Source: Heptranchias perlo (lineage: Eukaryota). From it: DNA of 64,000 nt. Shown in pieces: positions 39,121 through 52,415 of this stretch. A program made the position numbers and the translations under genes. Under the pieces are notes generated by a model, which saw nothing but the letters and a program-made list of their open reading frames with translations, was not told the origin of the DNA and ran no database searches. The stretch covers positions 15,872,001 through 15,936,000 of the forward strand of contig NC_090359.1 in the NCBI RefSeq assembly GCF_035084215.1. Direction: 5' to 3'. Positions within the stretch are counted from its first letter, which is position 1, and each line of letters opens with the position of its first letter.

Positions 39121-41973
39121 ATGGGGGATTTTGTAATGAGAGGTTTGTTCCCAGTGCTGGTGTTAGTTGGAGCGGTTTGTTGCTCTGATATTTGGCAACA
39201 GTTTGGAGGCCAGAGATTTCCATGGAGAAGAGTAAAACCCACCCCTGTACCCCAGAGAGTCCCTCCCCCTGTGCCTCCCTTTGGTTCCCATTTCAGTGTG
39301 TCTGAGGGGAGAAGTCTGTCTCCACTGCAGACTGTGATGGTGCAGTGTGGAGAGCAAAACCTGCTGGTGAGGGTAGACATGGATTTATTTAGAACCAGGC
39401 AACTGATTAAAGCTACTGACCTGACCCTGGGGACAGCAGGTTGTCGGCCAACTGGGATCTACTCTCAGAACCACACTGTCCTCTTTGACTATGGACTCCA
39501 TGAATGTGGCAGCAGATTGCAGGTAATGTGATTCCTCAACTCTTGCTCCAATTTCACTGTGTAGATTACTGCCCACTCTGAACTCATGAACATCGGGTGA
39601 AACTCCAGCCACTGAGGAGATCCCTGAATGAAATCTGTGTATAAATTTTTGCCCACTGTGAAGTATCACCCTGTGTGAAACTACTTCTTTATGTTGACAT
39701 GTCAATCTTCGCTTTATATTTAAAAAGAACTTCAACTTGTCACTGAGGGACTGCATCTTTCTTAAATGGGTCATTGCGACTCTCTAACTCTGAGATTCAA
39801 TTCTATTGACCTTGAACCTACTCCTGCATTTCTCCAAACCACTCTGTTCTTTTGTGCCTCAATTGATTTATCTTTTCCTTTCCTTCCTGTGGATATTCAG
39901 GCCTGTTGCCTCAACTTGTGGTCAATGAATGTTCAGTGTGGAAGTTCCTGTTGAGACTTCCCTTGAAAGATGAAACAAGTGGAACAATAATTGGGATACA
40001 ATGTATTAAAGGGGAACTCCACTTTTGGTTGTTACACCTGCCAATACCATTGATTCCACGGACACAGATGAGATTTGAAAGTGGTGTTGTGTTTTGTGCT
40101 CCATATCAGGGGTAACTTGAGCCCCTTAAGGTGAAAGCTCTAATCTATATGGGAAAGAATGCTCATCAAATCTGGCAGTGCCAATCATTTCAGGGGTTTC
40201 TGACTGCAGGCCTGAAGTCCCCTGTAATAGAAGGTGGACTGAGCAGAGTAACAGAGGCTGCTGCAGGCAACTTCTGCCAATGGTGGAGCTGCTTCAATCA
40301 TGTGTCATTGAGGAGCAGCTGAAACCCCTCAAACTGCTGCTTAACAGGGCAGGAAAATGACCAGAAATAGATTTTGTTCAATGAGACCAGCTCTTCATTC
40401 CTTAACCTGATGTCTTTCAGATGGCTGGCGATTTCCTGGTCGACACCACCCACCTGAACCACACCCCAAATGCTCGTGGATCTGTTATTGTGAGAACAAA
40501 TAGAGCAGTCATTCCCATTGAGTGCCACTATTTTAGGTAAGAATCTTTACTCTATTGCAAATAAGGTCTACAGCAGGTGCAGTTCTGTGAAGTTGTCCTG
40601 AAATTACTGCACTGTCCTTTCAGGAAGGGCAATGTGAGCAGTGACCCTATCAAGCCCACCTGGATCCCATTCAGCTCGACCAAGTCTGGAGAAGGGCTTC
40701 TGTCATTCTCACTGCGTCTTATGAACGGTATGTGATGGGTGGATGGGGAGTGCTTTTCTGTCGTCTCCCACTGGGAGTTACACCCACTGTCTCCAACCCT
40801 TGTCCTCTTGTACTTCAGATGACTGGCTTACAGAGCGCACCTCGACTGTCCACTACCTGGGTGACCTCATTCACATTGAGGCCTCTGTTTCGATGACCAA
40901 CCACATGCCCTTTAAGCTCTACATTGACAGCTGTGCAGCTACATTGAGCCCAGACAAGGATTCCACCCCAAGATACAACATCATTGACTCCCATGGGTAA
41001 GGAGCTCTCTGCTTTCTCCAGCTGTTTCTGTCTCAATCGGTTCACTTAATTCACTTTGTCCCTTTTTAAATCTTTCTTCAGTTGCCTCCTGGACAGCAAA
41101 GCTGAGGACTCCTTTTCAACCTTTGTGTTGCCAAGAGGTGAACGTGAGCTGGACAAACTCCAGTTTGATCTGGATGCGTTCCGCTTCTTTGGAGATGACC
41201 GTTCCTTGGTAAGAGGAAGCCAAACATTGGGTTCCCCATGTTGGGAGGAGGTCACTAAATAACAACTTGTATTGAATGTGTCCCTCAGATTTTCATCACC
41301 TGTCACCTGAAAGTTGCTGCAGTGGATCGGAGAGATTCCATGAACAAGGCTTGTACTTTCCAGAATATGTAAGTTCCCTCTCTCGTTCAGGGATGTGTTG
41401 ATTAAAGGGTGATTGACAACCTGGTTGATGAACTGATTCTCTGGTTGAGCTGGACCCCATTGGAAGAATCGACCAATGACGTGTGTGCCTGTTGTCATCT
41501 GGGCAACTGCAGTGCCACAAGGGATTTCCTCGTTGATTCCAGAGGAAGGAGGGATCTTGTATCTGGACCTGGTAGGACATTGATCCTCTTGATTGTTGGA
41601 GGTCACCCTTTACCCTCTAACTGGAATGTTTGATATTGCAGAGAGTGATGCTGAGTTGAAGTGGGAGGGTGAGGCCTCACTTGGACCCTTGGTCATTCTG
41701 GATCCTCATGTGACAGACCTGGCAACTGAGCCCCTTAATGATGTTGAGCAAAGGATGCAGGAGAGGTCTCCAGGTGGTGAGTTGGCCGACTGCTAGTTTC
41801 CATTTTCCCCTCAGTATTTCCTTCACTAACCATTGGTTTCTTGTTGCTTTTTTGGTGTGGCGTCTGAGGTGGTCCTGATCTTGGCCCTGACTGTGAGCGC
41901 TGTCTCTCTGATCTCTGCTTCTTGGATTGCCTTGTTCCTGAACAGGAAACACAAGCAAACCCAGTTTAACTAG
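39121..41973 (+). CDS. zp3: Zona pellucida ZP3-like gene copy 2 (~460 aa if fully spliced). Exons 39121-39522, 40421-40536, 40624-40727, 40819-40996, 41082-41208, 41289-41368, 41450-41571, 41642-41776, 41855-41973; last acceptor is TG
   Basis: Open frame through ZP-N, ZP-C, furin site RGRR, EHP-like LGPLVIL, TM helix; AATAAA 41987; native TATA and E-boxes lost, so functionality is uncertain. Confidence 0.85.
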
Positions 41974-44734
41974 TTATCAAATGACCAATAAAGCAGTGAC
42001 CACTTGTATCTTCTCATGGCTGGTTGCTCATTTCTCACTGTCTCCAGTCAACGACACAATGAGTGCTCAATACCGTGTTAGTAACACACTGCACTCCTCC
42101 GTCAGTTCCTCCTGTTAGTGAAATGGGTTGAAATGGGTCCATGTAACTAGTGGCAGAATGGCTGGTAATAGTGTATCCAGGCCCAGTCCAGGGATGGCTG
42201 CAGCAATGGGTGAAGGCTTGCCAGGCCCTCATTGTGCAGGTCAATGAGCTCTGAAGGGACAGTGGGACTGGCCTGAAGTACTGGTGCCGGGTGGTTGACT
42301 GCACAATCATTCCCTTGGTGCTCTGTGGCCATTGATCACTCGAATCCGCACATGGGCTCCAAACTCCTAAACTTTCCCATTTGGAGCTCATTGTCCAAAC
42401 ACCAATAGGATTGAAAGTGGGTGGACTTGAACTCTCTTCCAAGATTGAAGATCTCTGTCCCTGGTGTGAAGATCTTTGTTTTGTTGGGCTGGGGCTCCAA
42501 GTAAATTTCCAATGCCCAGTGTAAAGATTAATGTTCACAGGGGGCAATGTTGTGCTCATTGGGTACAGGCACAGAGTGCGAGGGACGGGGAGCCCAGCGG
42601 TTGTGATTTACCTCTGTTGGATTTGAATTTCACCTGTCTTCTCGTGAGCACAGACTGAAGTTTCGTTATCCTCAGCTTCCCCTCACGGCAGGCCCTCAGG
42701 ATTGTATTGTAAGTAGTTAGTCCTATTTTTCAGATTACGTTATTGTTTATCATTCACTATATTTGAGGGGTGGCAATCGGAACAGGAGTTGGCCATTTAG
42801 CCCCTCTCGCCTGGTCCACCATTCAATGAGATCATGGTTGATCTGTGACATAACTCCATATACCTGCCTTAGTCATATCCCTTACCTTTTTGATTAACAA
42901 AATTTTAACCTGAGATAATAGATTTAACAATTGAGCTAGCATCAACTGCCATTTGTGGAAGAGTGTTCCTAACTTCTCCCACTCGTTGTGTGTAGAAGTG
43001 TCTCTTAACTTCATTCCTGAAAGTCCTAATTCGAACTTCGAGGTTATGTCCCCTGGTCGTTAAACTGGCTGTGTCTTTATAACTTTACAGTGAATTGGGT
43101 ACAATCCATGTCTGGGACAACCTTGCCTTTGAAATACTGAAATTTGTTCATAAAATGTTCTTCAGATTTAATAAGAGCATATTTGTTTATCTTTACTGAG
43201 CTGGGTTTTTCTTTTTGGTAAATCAGACATTCAGGGGGTCTATTCAACAGGATGGGAGCTGTTAGTAGTAAACACCCTCGCTTCAGACAACATTCTTTGG
43301 CAGGTGGAAACCACTTCTCCATTTAAATCAAATCATAGTAATATTTTACTTAACCTATAATCACTGAAGTTTAGTGTTTAAACATAGCAGGAGATCCAGG
43401 CTCGTTCTGTTGCAGTAGAATCACAATAAGTTAGTGGGAACTTTTAACAATAGCAATTCATTTCTGCTCACTGCACACAAGGTGATTTTTCTTCCAGTGG
43501 AAACTACAGTCAGACGGCCCCTCCTCACTTTCACTCTGAGCTTCCTCACACTATTGATGAATAATGTTAGGAAACATTAAACCCAATAGATGACAATACA
43601 TTGTAGTGTAGTGTAGGGCCATCCTACCCTCTTCTGACTGTTGTCTGATTTACATGTAAACATTTCAGGGAGGCTTTACAAACTGGATATACTGGCCAGG
43701 ACACCAGGAGAACTACTTTGGGGTATTTTTAAAATGTTGCAACAAAATACCATGTCGAAATGCTTCATGAATTCATTCTCAATGAAGCTTAGAATCTTAC
43801 AGGACAGAAACAGGTGACTTTCCTCTCGCCCCCTCATCCAATTTAATGTTCCTCTGTTCCAAGGTGCCTCCACTGTTATTCCCATTTAAAATAATTCCTG
43901 GAGTCTGTGTGAACAACATTTTCGGGCAGAACTCTACATTGTCCCCTCCCTATAAAGATATTTTTTTGAACCGTAGACATGTATCTTTTGCCATGTTACA
44001 TTTGAACCTAGGGGTTATAGAATCATAGAAATTTACAGCACAGAAGGAGGCTATTCGGCCCATTGTCTGTGCCAGCTGAAAAAGCTATCCAGCCTAATCG
44101 CACTCTTGGTCTTGGTCCGCAGCCTTGCAGGTGACGGGACTTCAAGTGCGCATCCAAGTACTTATAAAAAGCGATGTTGGTTTCTGCCTCTACCACCCTT
44201 TCAGCGAGTCAGGTTTAAACCCACACCACCCTCTGCGTGAAAAAAATTATCCCCAGATCCCCTCGAATTCTTCCAATTATTTGAAATATATGCCCCCCGG
44301 TTATTGGCCTCTCTGCTAAGGGATATAGGACCTTCATATTCTTTTTTTATTTGTTCATGGGATGTGGGTGTTACTGGCAAGGGCAGCATTTATTGCCCAT
44401 CCCATTTGCCTTTGAGAAGGTGGGGGTGAGTTGCCGCCTTGAAGTGACGCAGTCCGCGTGGCCCCCAATAATTTTATACACCTCAATTAAATCCCCCCTC
44501 AGCCTCCTCTGTTCCAATGAAAACAACTCCAGCCGATCCAATCCTTCCTCACAGCTAAAATTCTCCACTCCTGGAACATCCTTGTAAATCTCCTCTGGAC
44601 CCTCTCTGGTCCAATCCCATCTTTCCTGTAATGTGGTGACCTGAACTGGACACGGGTTAAATTTATTAGTCCGCCTGTTCCCACAGGTCCCAGTCGAGTT
44701 TCTTCATTCCTTTCCTTGGTTCAATCCGTCATTC

Positions 44735-45250
44735 ACCGATTGGGTTTATGACCGGTCACCACCTCCTGTGATTTCCCCAATTGGCTGCCCCTCTTCTCAG
44801 AGATTCTCTCGCTCCACAGACCACCTGCACTCTGTCGGTTCCACCAATCCGGGAAGCTTCACCTGTGATTGGATGAACTCGGTGACCCGGGCCCGTCATG
44901 GCGGCCGAATCACCCACAATGCACAGCGGCAGAGAAAAGGCCCCATCTGTGAGACAGGCCGCGCTGCACTCTGGGAGAATGTTCGCACATGCGCACATCA
45001 CCCGCCGGATCAGCGGCCGCTTCCTGTTGTGTCGCGAGACAAACTTTCCGTTTTTTCGGTTGAGAACGAGCGGTTTTTATTGTGACGGAAACTGACGTCA
45101 CTTTTCATTTGAATCGCGCGGTTTGATTTAAATAAACGGCGCACATGCGCAGTGTGGCGCGTCCCTCTTAAAGGGCCCTGGACCGGCCGAGAGTCCCCGA
45201 GCCCGGGGACAGGACCGAGAGACGGGCAATGGGATTAGAGCGGAGGGCGG
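44735..45250. promoter_or_regulatory. CpG-rich housekeeping-type promoter without an identifiable gene
   Basis: Four CCAAT/ATTGG, YY1-like CATGGCGGC 44897, NRF1-like 44984 and 45139, ETS CTTCCTG 45020, TCGCGAGA 45032, CRE TGACGTCA 45093. Confidence 0.6.
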
Positions 45251-45259
45251 CAGCACAAG

Positions 45260-45900
45260 TTGGTGAAACCGTTAAAACAGCATCCGGTTCCTTGGCTTAA
45301 TAATAGAGAAATAGAGCACAAAAGCAAGGAAGTTATGTTAAACGTTTATAAATCATTGTTCAGGCCTCATCTGAAGTATTGTGTCCAATTCTGGGCACTA
45401 TAATTTATTAAGGAGGTCAAGGTCTTGGAGAGGATGGAGAGGAGATTTCCCAGAATTATACCAGGGGTGGGGTTTAGTTGTGTGGAGAGACTCGAGAACC
45501 TGGGATTGTTCTGCTTCGAGCAATGAAGGTTAAGGGTAGAAGTAATCCACGTGTTCAAAATTAAGAGGGGTTTTGATCGAGTAAATAAGGAGAAACTTCA
45601 CCCACTGGCGGGAGGGTCGGCAACCAACGGACGCAGATTTAAGATGATTGGCAAAAGAACTAGAAGGGAGATAAGGAGATTTTTTACACAGCGAATTGTT
45701 ATGATCTGGAACGCACTGCCTCAAAGGATGGTGGAGCTCGATTCAATCGTAACTTGAAAAGGAGAATTGGATAAATACTTGAAAAGGTAAAAATTACAAA
45801 GTTTATGGGTAAAGAGCACGGGAATGGGAGTAATCGGTTACATCCTTCAAAGAGCTGGCCACTGCACGATGGGTCGAATGGCCTCCTGTGCTGTGAGATT
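45260..45900 (+). mobile_element. CR1 LINE 3' portion
   Basis: RPHLKYCVQFWA-like peptide; duplicated at 62190-62715. Confidence 0.75.
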
Positions 45901-47079
45901 CTAGGATTGTATATTTTCCATATATTTGTTTCTGTAAGAAGGACAATGGCAGGCTGTCTGAGCAAAGCAGATGTTCAAAAGGTCCAAACACACGAGGCAT
46001 CAAAGAATCAGGTGTAGATTTCAGCCCAAAGATGTTTTTTCTGCTCCAGTCATCAGCACAACACAGACCCCTGAAACACAACCAGTCACTCCTTCCAATA
46101 TCACAGAGACAGAAACAGACCAGCTCTCAGTTTGCTTTCGAGTGAGTGCTGAACTCATCACATGGTGTCTGCACTAAACTGGCAATTAGAATCTCCTAAT
46201 CACTTGGCTGTTTCTTAATACGGTAAAAAATCAGATTTTAACTGACCTGCCCTTTTCAATCCATCTATTGATCATTCACAGAGGCCCAAAAGAGACCTCT
46301 TAGAGTGTCTGAATCAGCTGTACTAAAGATGATCCATTAGTTCTTCGCGATGAACGTGATGAAAACATATGTCGCTCGTTGATTTTGGTGTCAGAGGGTT
46401 AGATATTTATCTCACGGTGGGAGAGAGATGAATAAGATGAAATAAAGCGAGTGTCTGTGATAATGTTTGAATGACCGACACCAATCCGGAATTTGTACAA
46501 TGCTGAATGTTTCAATTCACAATGTGGATTTCCAATGGATTCTCTGCAATGTTAACACAAATCCGTTTGTTCCACAGGAGATGGTCGTGGTTCTGGTCAC
46601 AGGAAATGTACAAATTCAGAAAATTTATTGTCTTGAATTTCTATATACTTCAGTTCCCAGAACGAATAATTACAGACTCTCTGGGGTACATTTTCCGCTT
46701 GGTGATCTGGTGTAAAACTGGCCTTGCAGATTGACCGCTCGTTATTAAAACCACCTGGGGCAGGAATTCTTCCTGGACGGTACCGCCTGACGGCCGGTAT
46801 CGCTCGCTGAAGCTTCCTCCTGATATTCAGTCAAGTCCCACTGAAGTCAAGGGAACTGAATATCAGGTGGGATGTGTGATGGGCGGCCTATCCGCTATCA
46901 CCCACTTTGTGCTACAGCCCAAGACCATTCTGATTCCCATTGAAATGAACGGCAGGGAAATTCCCGCGGTTTCTATAAACGGCGGGCGATCCGCCCACCA
47001 AATGACCTCCAGGCGGTGAAGACATATGTCGACATCTCCTCGTCACCGGGGCAGATTCGGTACTGGCGCTCTGGCATGA

Positions 47080-47200
47080 AACTGCCGTTGGCTCTGTGGG
47101 ACTGGATAGACCCAGACCGACTGGAAGTGTACGGGGATATGCTTCTGGCAGACAGCATGGCAGAGTCCACGAGGAAAGGCATCATCACCCTCATCTCCAA
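47080..47200 (+). mobile_element. Fragment of another L1/Tx1-like RT
   Basis: ALWDWIDPDRLEVYGDML...STRKGIITLISK resembles the RT N-terminal region. Confidence 0.5.
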
Positions 47201-47234
47201 GTGAAGCTTTCTTACATCGCCTCTCAGGCAAGTT

Positions 47235-47640
47235 TATCCTTGCTTAGATAAGGAGACCAAAACTGTACACATTACTCCAGGTGTGGTCTCACCAAAGCCC
47301 CGTACAATTGCAACAAGACTTCCTTACTCTTGTATTCCAGCCCCCTTGCAATAAAGGCCAACATGCCATTTGCCTTCCTAATTGCTTGCTGTACCAACAT
47401 GTTGACTTTCTGTGTTTCTTGCACCAGGACACCCAAGTCTCTCTGAACATGAATATTCAAGAGTTGCTCACCATTTTAAAACATTTTGTTTTTCTATTCT
47501 TCCTATCAAAGTGAATAACCTCATTTCCCCACATTGTACTCCACCTGCCACCTTGTCCACTCACGTAACCTGTCTGTATCCCTTTGCAGACACTTTGTGT
47601 CCTCCTCACAGCTTACTTTCCCACGTAGCTAGCGTCAGAG
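47235..47640 (-). mobile_element. CR1 LINE fragment
   Basis: QRDLGVLV...KANGMLAFIARGLEYKSKEVLLQLYGALVRPHLE. Confidence 0.8.
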
Positions 47641-48811
47641 ATCTTTTTACACTCATATACATTGTAAATCGCTGAGGCCCAGTAAAGGCCGGTATCGCTC
47701 GCTGATAAGTCAAGGGTAAAATCCCTACGAGGACATTGGTCCCAGCCTTGTTGAGGTGCAACCCGTCCATCTTGGACAGGTCTTTAGTATTAATCAAAGT
47801 GCACAATGACGCCCCCGGTAAAGCGAGTATCTCCCCACAGATACTACCTGACCTGCTGAGTGTTGCCAGCAGTTTCTGGGTTTATTTTTGAGCTTTCACG
47901 ATAGCAGTTTTCCTGACAACCTGCAACTTGCCTCAAGGGCGCAGCTTCAAGCACAACTTTCTTGTGCTCTTCTCACACACAAGATCACACTTTACTTTCC
48001 GACACATGCGTTTAAAATCTGCCGTTTCCGCACACAGCGTCCTGCGCCACGAGAATTTGAAAGACCTTCCGCTCATGGACTGTAATCGCTCCTTTTTCCC
48101 CACAGGCGCTCTTTACATTTATCCTCTACTCGATTCAATCACAGGTTTCAACAGAACTATTAAGATCAAGGCGGAACACTTCCGATCTTACTGCACCGCC
48201 CCAACTTGCCAAATGTGCACCTTTCAACCGCCATTCGCAGCTCTGCAACGCTGCCCGTCGCTCATGCAACTCAACTGCTGAGAGAAAAGAGCTAACAAGC
48301 ATCAAAACAAAAACCAGTTCTTCAGTTACCATCCCCTGGATCACAAGTTTCCCCAAGTAAATTTCGTGAACAATCGGGCGGCTGTCTTTCCTCAGAACAG
48401 CCCTGCTTTCGTCGTGTTTGTCTGTCGAGCGATCACGCAGATCGAAATGTATCGACTGGTTTCAAGGCACAAATGAACATTGGTGTGAATGGGACATGTG
48501 CCCAATAGAAACAGCGGTCGGAGCAGAACAAACTGAAAGGCGTGCGATCGTGAAAGTGAATGGAGCAGGAAAGTGTCCATGAAATAGAAGGAGGGAAATA
48601 AAGGCGGCCCATTGACTGTGGAAGTTAGAAAAAGTTGGGAGAAGAGGCGGGTTTGAACTGTGGAACATCAAGTACAGGCATGTGAGAGTGCTGGGATTTG
48701 ACGGAATTAAAAGGTTTCACCAAAATAATATTATTTCTTGTGCGAAAGATTGATTTCTTGCTGCATTCTCTTAGCATATGTGGCAATGGAGAAAATCGGT
48801 AAATGACACTC

Positions 48812-48883
48812 TGTGGAGACTCGGATTCGCACGGAGGTGACTGCGACCACAACGCAGAGAATGAACCACAAAACGATCACGAC
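48812..48883 (-). pseudogene. tRNA-His(GTG) pseudogene
   Basis: Degenerate paralog of 63602-63673. Confidence 0.75.
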
Positions 48884-48994
48884 GCAGCACATGAGGTGTG
48901 GCAGTTGTGCCCCAACAACATTAATGGCACGCATGACACTGCTGAGAAAGAAAGATTTTGGTGATGAGGCTAAAATGTTCAACAGCTCAGATTA

Positions 48995-49052
48995 TGGCAG
49001 CGCAGAGACTGGAGCCTAAATCCAGCGCCTTAGACCGCTCGGCCACGCTACC
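48995..49052 (-). pseudogene. tRNA-Leu(TAG) with T-arm deleted
   Basis: GGTAGCGTGGCCGAGCGGTCTAAGGCGCTGGATTTAGGCTCCAGTCTCT joined to GCGCTGCCA. Confidence 0.85.
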
Positions 49053-49182
49053 GCTTCACAAGAGTGTTGTCCAGAATCTCGGAACTGGTGATTGAAAAGC
49101 GGCTTTCCGACTCTGACCTTTGAGTCCAAGATTTTTGCCTTGAAAGAATCAAATAAAAGGGCTTTCTTTGCACTGATCTTGC

Positions 49183-49264
49183 GACCAGGTGGCTGAGTGG
49201 TTGAGGTGATGGACTGCTAATCCATTGAGCTTTGCCAGCATGGTTTTGTATCCCAGCCGCGCCA
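49183..49264 (+). pseudogene. tRNA-Ser(GCT) pseudogene
   Basis: GATGGACTGCTAATCCATTG anticodon arm retained, T-loop degenerate. Confidence 0.7.
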
Positions 49265-49271
49265 TTACTGC

Positions 49272-50345
49272 CTTTTTTTAATCGTTCATGGGATGTGGGC
49301 GTCGCTGGCGAGGCCACCATTTATTGCCCATCCCTAATTGCCCTTGAGAAGGTGGTGGTGAGCGGCCTTCTTGAACTGTTGCAGTCCATGTGGTGAAGGT
49401 TCTCCCACAGTGCTGTTAGGTAGGGAGTGCCAGGATTTTGACCCAGCGACGATGAAGGAACGGTGTTATATTTCCAAGTCGGGATGGTGTGTGACTAGGA
49501 GGGGAACGTGCAGGTGGTGTTGTTCCCATGTGCCTGCTGCCCTTGTCCTTCTAGCTGTTCGAGGTCGTGGGTTTGGGAGGTGCTGTCGAAGAAGCCTTGG
49601 CGAGTGGCTGCAGTGCATCCTGTGGATGGTACACACTGCAGCCACGATGCGCCGGTGGTGAAGGGAGTGACTGTTTTGGATGGTGGATGGGATGCCAATC
49701 AAGTGGGCTACTTTGTCCTGGATGGTGTCGAGCTTCTTGAATGTTGTTGGAGCTGCACTCATCCAGGCAAGTGGAGAGTATTCCATCACACTCCTGACTT
49801 GTGCCTCGCAGATGGTGGAAAGGCTTTGGGGAGTCCAGAGGTGGGTCACTCACCACAGAATACCCAGCTTCTGGCCTACTCTTGTAGCCACAGTATTTAT
49901 ATGGCTGGTCCAGTTAAGTTTCTGGTCAATGGTGACCCCCAGGATGTTGATGGTGGGGGATTCGGCGATGGTAATGCCATTGAATGTCAAGGGGAGGTGG
50001 TTAGACTCTCTCTTGTTGGAGATTGTCATTGCCTGGCAATTGTCTGGCGTGAATGTTACTTGCCACTTATCAGCCCAAGCCTGGATGTTGTCCAGGTCTT
50101 GCTGCATGTGGGCACTGACTGCATCTTATCTGTGGGGTTGCGAATGGAACTGAACACTGCGCAATCGTCAGCAAAGATCCCCATTTCTGACCTTATGATG
50201 GGGGAAAGGTCATTGATGAAGCAGCTGAAGATGGTTGGGCCAAAGACACTGCCCTGAGGAACTCCAGCAGCAATGTCCTGGGGCTGAGATGATTGGCCTC
50301 CAACAACCACTCCATCTTCTTTTGTGCTCGGTATGCCGATCCAGT
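49272..50345 (-). mobile_element. CR1-clade LINE, 3' ~1.1 kb
   Basis: AGVPQGSVFGPTIFSCFINDL...FADDC; QQDLDNIQAWADKWQVTF; EYSPLAW. Confidence 0.85.
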
Positions 50346-50880
50346 GGAGAGCTTTCCACCGGAGCGGCAGCTGAACGGATGGTCTCAATCTTTGTGACAG
50401 AATAGTCCAGGAGCTCCTCGCAATTTTTTTGGTGAGTGTGGAAGAGGCAGGGGGTGCAAGAAGACGGTTTGTGGTCGAGAAGAGATACAGGGGATATCTT
50501 TGGATTCCAGGATGATCCTGGAATAGTGAGCAGTTTTCTGTCTCACTCTGTTCAGAGAGAAAGAGACAGAGACCTACGCAGGAAAACATAGAAACTATGA
50601 GGCACATACACAGACAAACAGACACAGACACACAGAAACAGACACACATACACATGGAGTGACTCAGAAATACAGAGATACAGAACATGGATAATTTGGC
50701 TGATTTTTCATCGATTTCTGTCGCAGATTTCGTGAAATCTTGCAGATCAATTAAAATGAGCATAAAACTCGCGGTGTTCAACATCGTGGAATTTCAATTC
50801 ACTTTAGAATTATTAATTCGACAAGGAACTTGTTGAATTTTGAAACGCAGAGATGAAACGGGTTGATGAATGACGGGATC

Positions 50881-50960
50881 TGAAGTCTGTCAGATTTGAA
50901 CCTGCGCGCGGGAAATGAATGAATTTCGAATCTGTCACCTTAATCACCAGTTCGTAAAAA
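50881..50960 (-). pseudogene. tRNA-Ser(CGA)-derived pseudogene (second copy ~52933-53010)
   Basis: Minus strand ...TTAAGGTGACAGATTCGAAAT...CGCGCAGGTTCAAATC. Confidence 0.55.
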
Positions 50961-51110
50961 TCACAATTGCTCTGCATCCAGTCCTCAAATAGTCTCCGTA
51001 CAATAATATTCTGAAAGTGACAATCACCTGTTTTTTTTCTCTGCAGTTTATTTTTTGGAAGAAGCTCGGCGAAGACATAAAATTAAAAGTTGGAGTCTTA
51101 GAAATGCTTC

Positions 51111-51163
51111 CTCCCCGTCGGGGAATGAAACCCCGGACGAAGGCGGGGCAACTCACCACGATA
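51111..51163 (-). pseudogene. tRNA-Asp fragment lacking most of the anticodon arm (second copy ~53165-53216)
   Basis: Retains CCGGGGTTTCATTCCCCGACGGGGAG 3' half. Confidence 0.65.
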
Positions 51164-51355
51164 AGTGAGAAAGAAAGAACGAAAGAAAGACAGAGTCAGT
51201 TGTTCGTTGTATAAAAAAGAGATGGAAATGTAAAAGGTTCTTTCAAGAGTGGCCCGTAGAAAATGAAACAAACTGTCATCAAACAATTAGTTCAATGAAA
51301 TGCACTTATACATGAAGCATGTCTAACACCATATGGGATGAGCGTATGGTTAACG

Positions 51356-51427
51356 CAGTAGTTAGTATAGTGGTGAGTATCCCCGCCTGTCACGCGGTCG
51401 ACCGGGGTTCAGTTCCCAGACGAGGCG
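51356..51427 (+). pseudogene. tRNA-Asp(GTC) pseudogene
   Basis: GTTAGTATAGTGGTGAGTATCCCCGCCTGTCACGCGG intact, acceptor stem broken. Confidence 0.8.
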
Positions 51428-52415
51428 ATTAAACTTTCTCCGCCTTCAAAAGCTTTTCTCTTATTAATTTCCAATATTGGATGCGGAAGAACAGTGTAAA
51501 ACTGACTCGGAGTTTCCCACTTTCCCCAATTTAATTTCACTGATATTCCAGCGGTTTTAAAATCTGCTCTCAGCGTCACTCTTCACCTCGATGTTCGACT
51601 GGCTTCTGTGATGGTGGGGATTTCGGGAGGAGGCCGAGGTTGATCATCCACTCGGCACTTCTGGCTGAAGATGGTTTCTAAAACTTTGCACTCACGTGCT
51701 GGCCTTTACCATCATTGAGGATGGGGATGTTCATAGAGCCTCTTCCCGTTAGTTGTTTCATTATCCACCATCATTCACAAATGGGTGTGGCAGGACTGCA
51801 GAGCTTTGATCTGATCCGTTGTTTGTGGGATCGCTTCGCTCTGTCGACAGCATGCTGCTTCCACTGTTTGTCAAGTAGTCCTGTGTTACTTTCAGGTTAT
51901 TGGTGTGTGTATGTTTGTGTGTAAGTGTTTATGTAGCGAGGAATGTGTGTGTGTGAATATGACTATGTCTGTCTCACTTGTTATATGCGTTTCTGAGTGT
52001 CTCTCTCTTCCTTTCTATCTGTCACTTTTTCCCTGCTCCTCAAATAATTTTTATCTGGACCTTGACTAACAAAGAGATAGAAAGTAAGTCTTCTTTCAAC
52101 AGTGGCATGTGGAAAGTTAAACAAATTGTCATCAAAGAAGTCGTTAAAATAGATTCACTGAAATATGCATCATTTTCATTGCTGTATGTGAGATCTTTCA
52201 TGTCTGCGCCTGTTCCGAGACCTGTCTCTCTCTGTTTCGGGCTGCCCATCATTGTGGTTCTTACATCGAGCTGAAGCGTGAGGCAGAGAGCAGATTTTTA
52301 AAATCGCTGTGAAATCAAATTGCAGAAGTGGGAAAGGCCGAGTCAGTTTTTCATTGTGTTTTCAACATCCAATATTGCAGATAAATGAAATTGAAGCTTC
52401 GAAAGCAGCAATAAC

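Noticed and set aside
42035-42559. 174-aa minus-strand ORF after ZP3-2
   Set aside because: No recognisable motifs; possibly old repeat sequence
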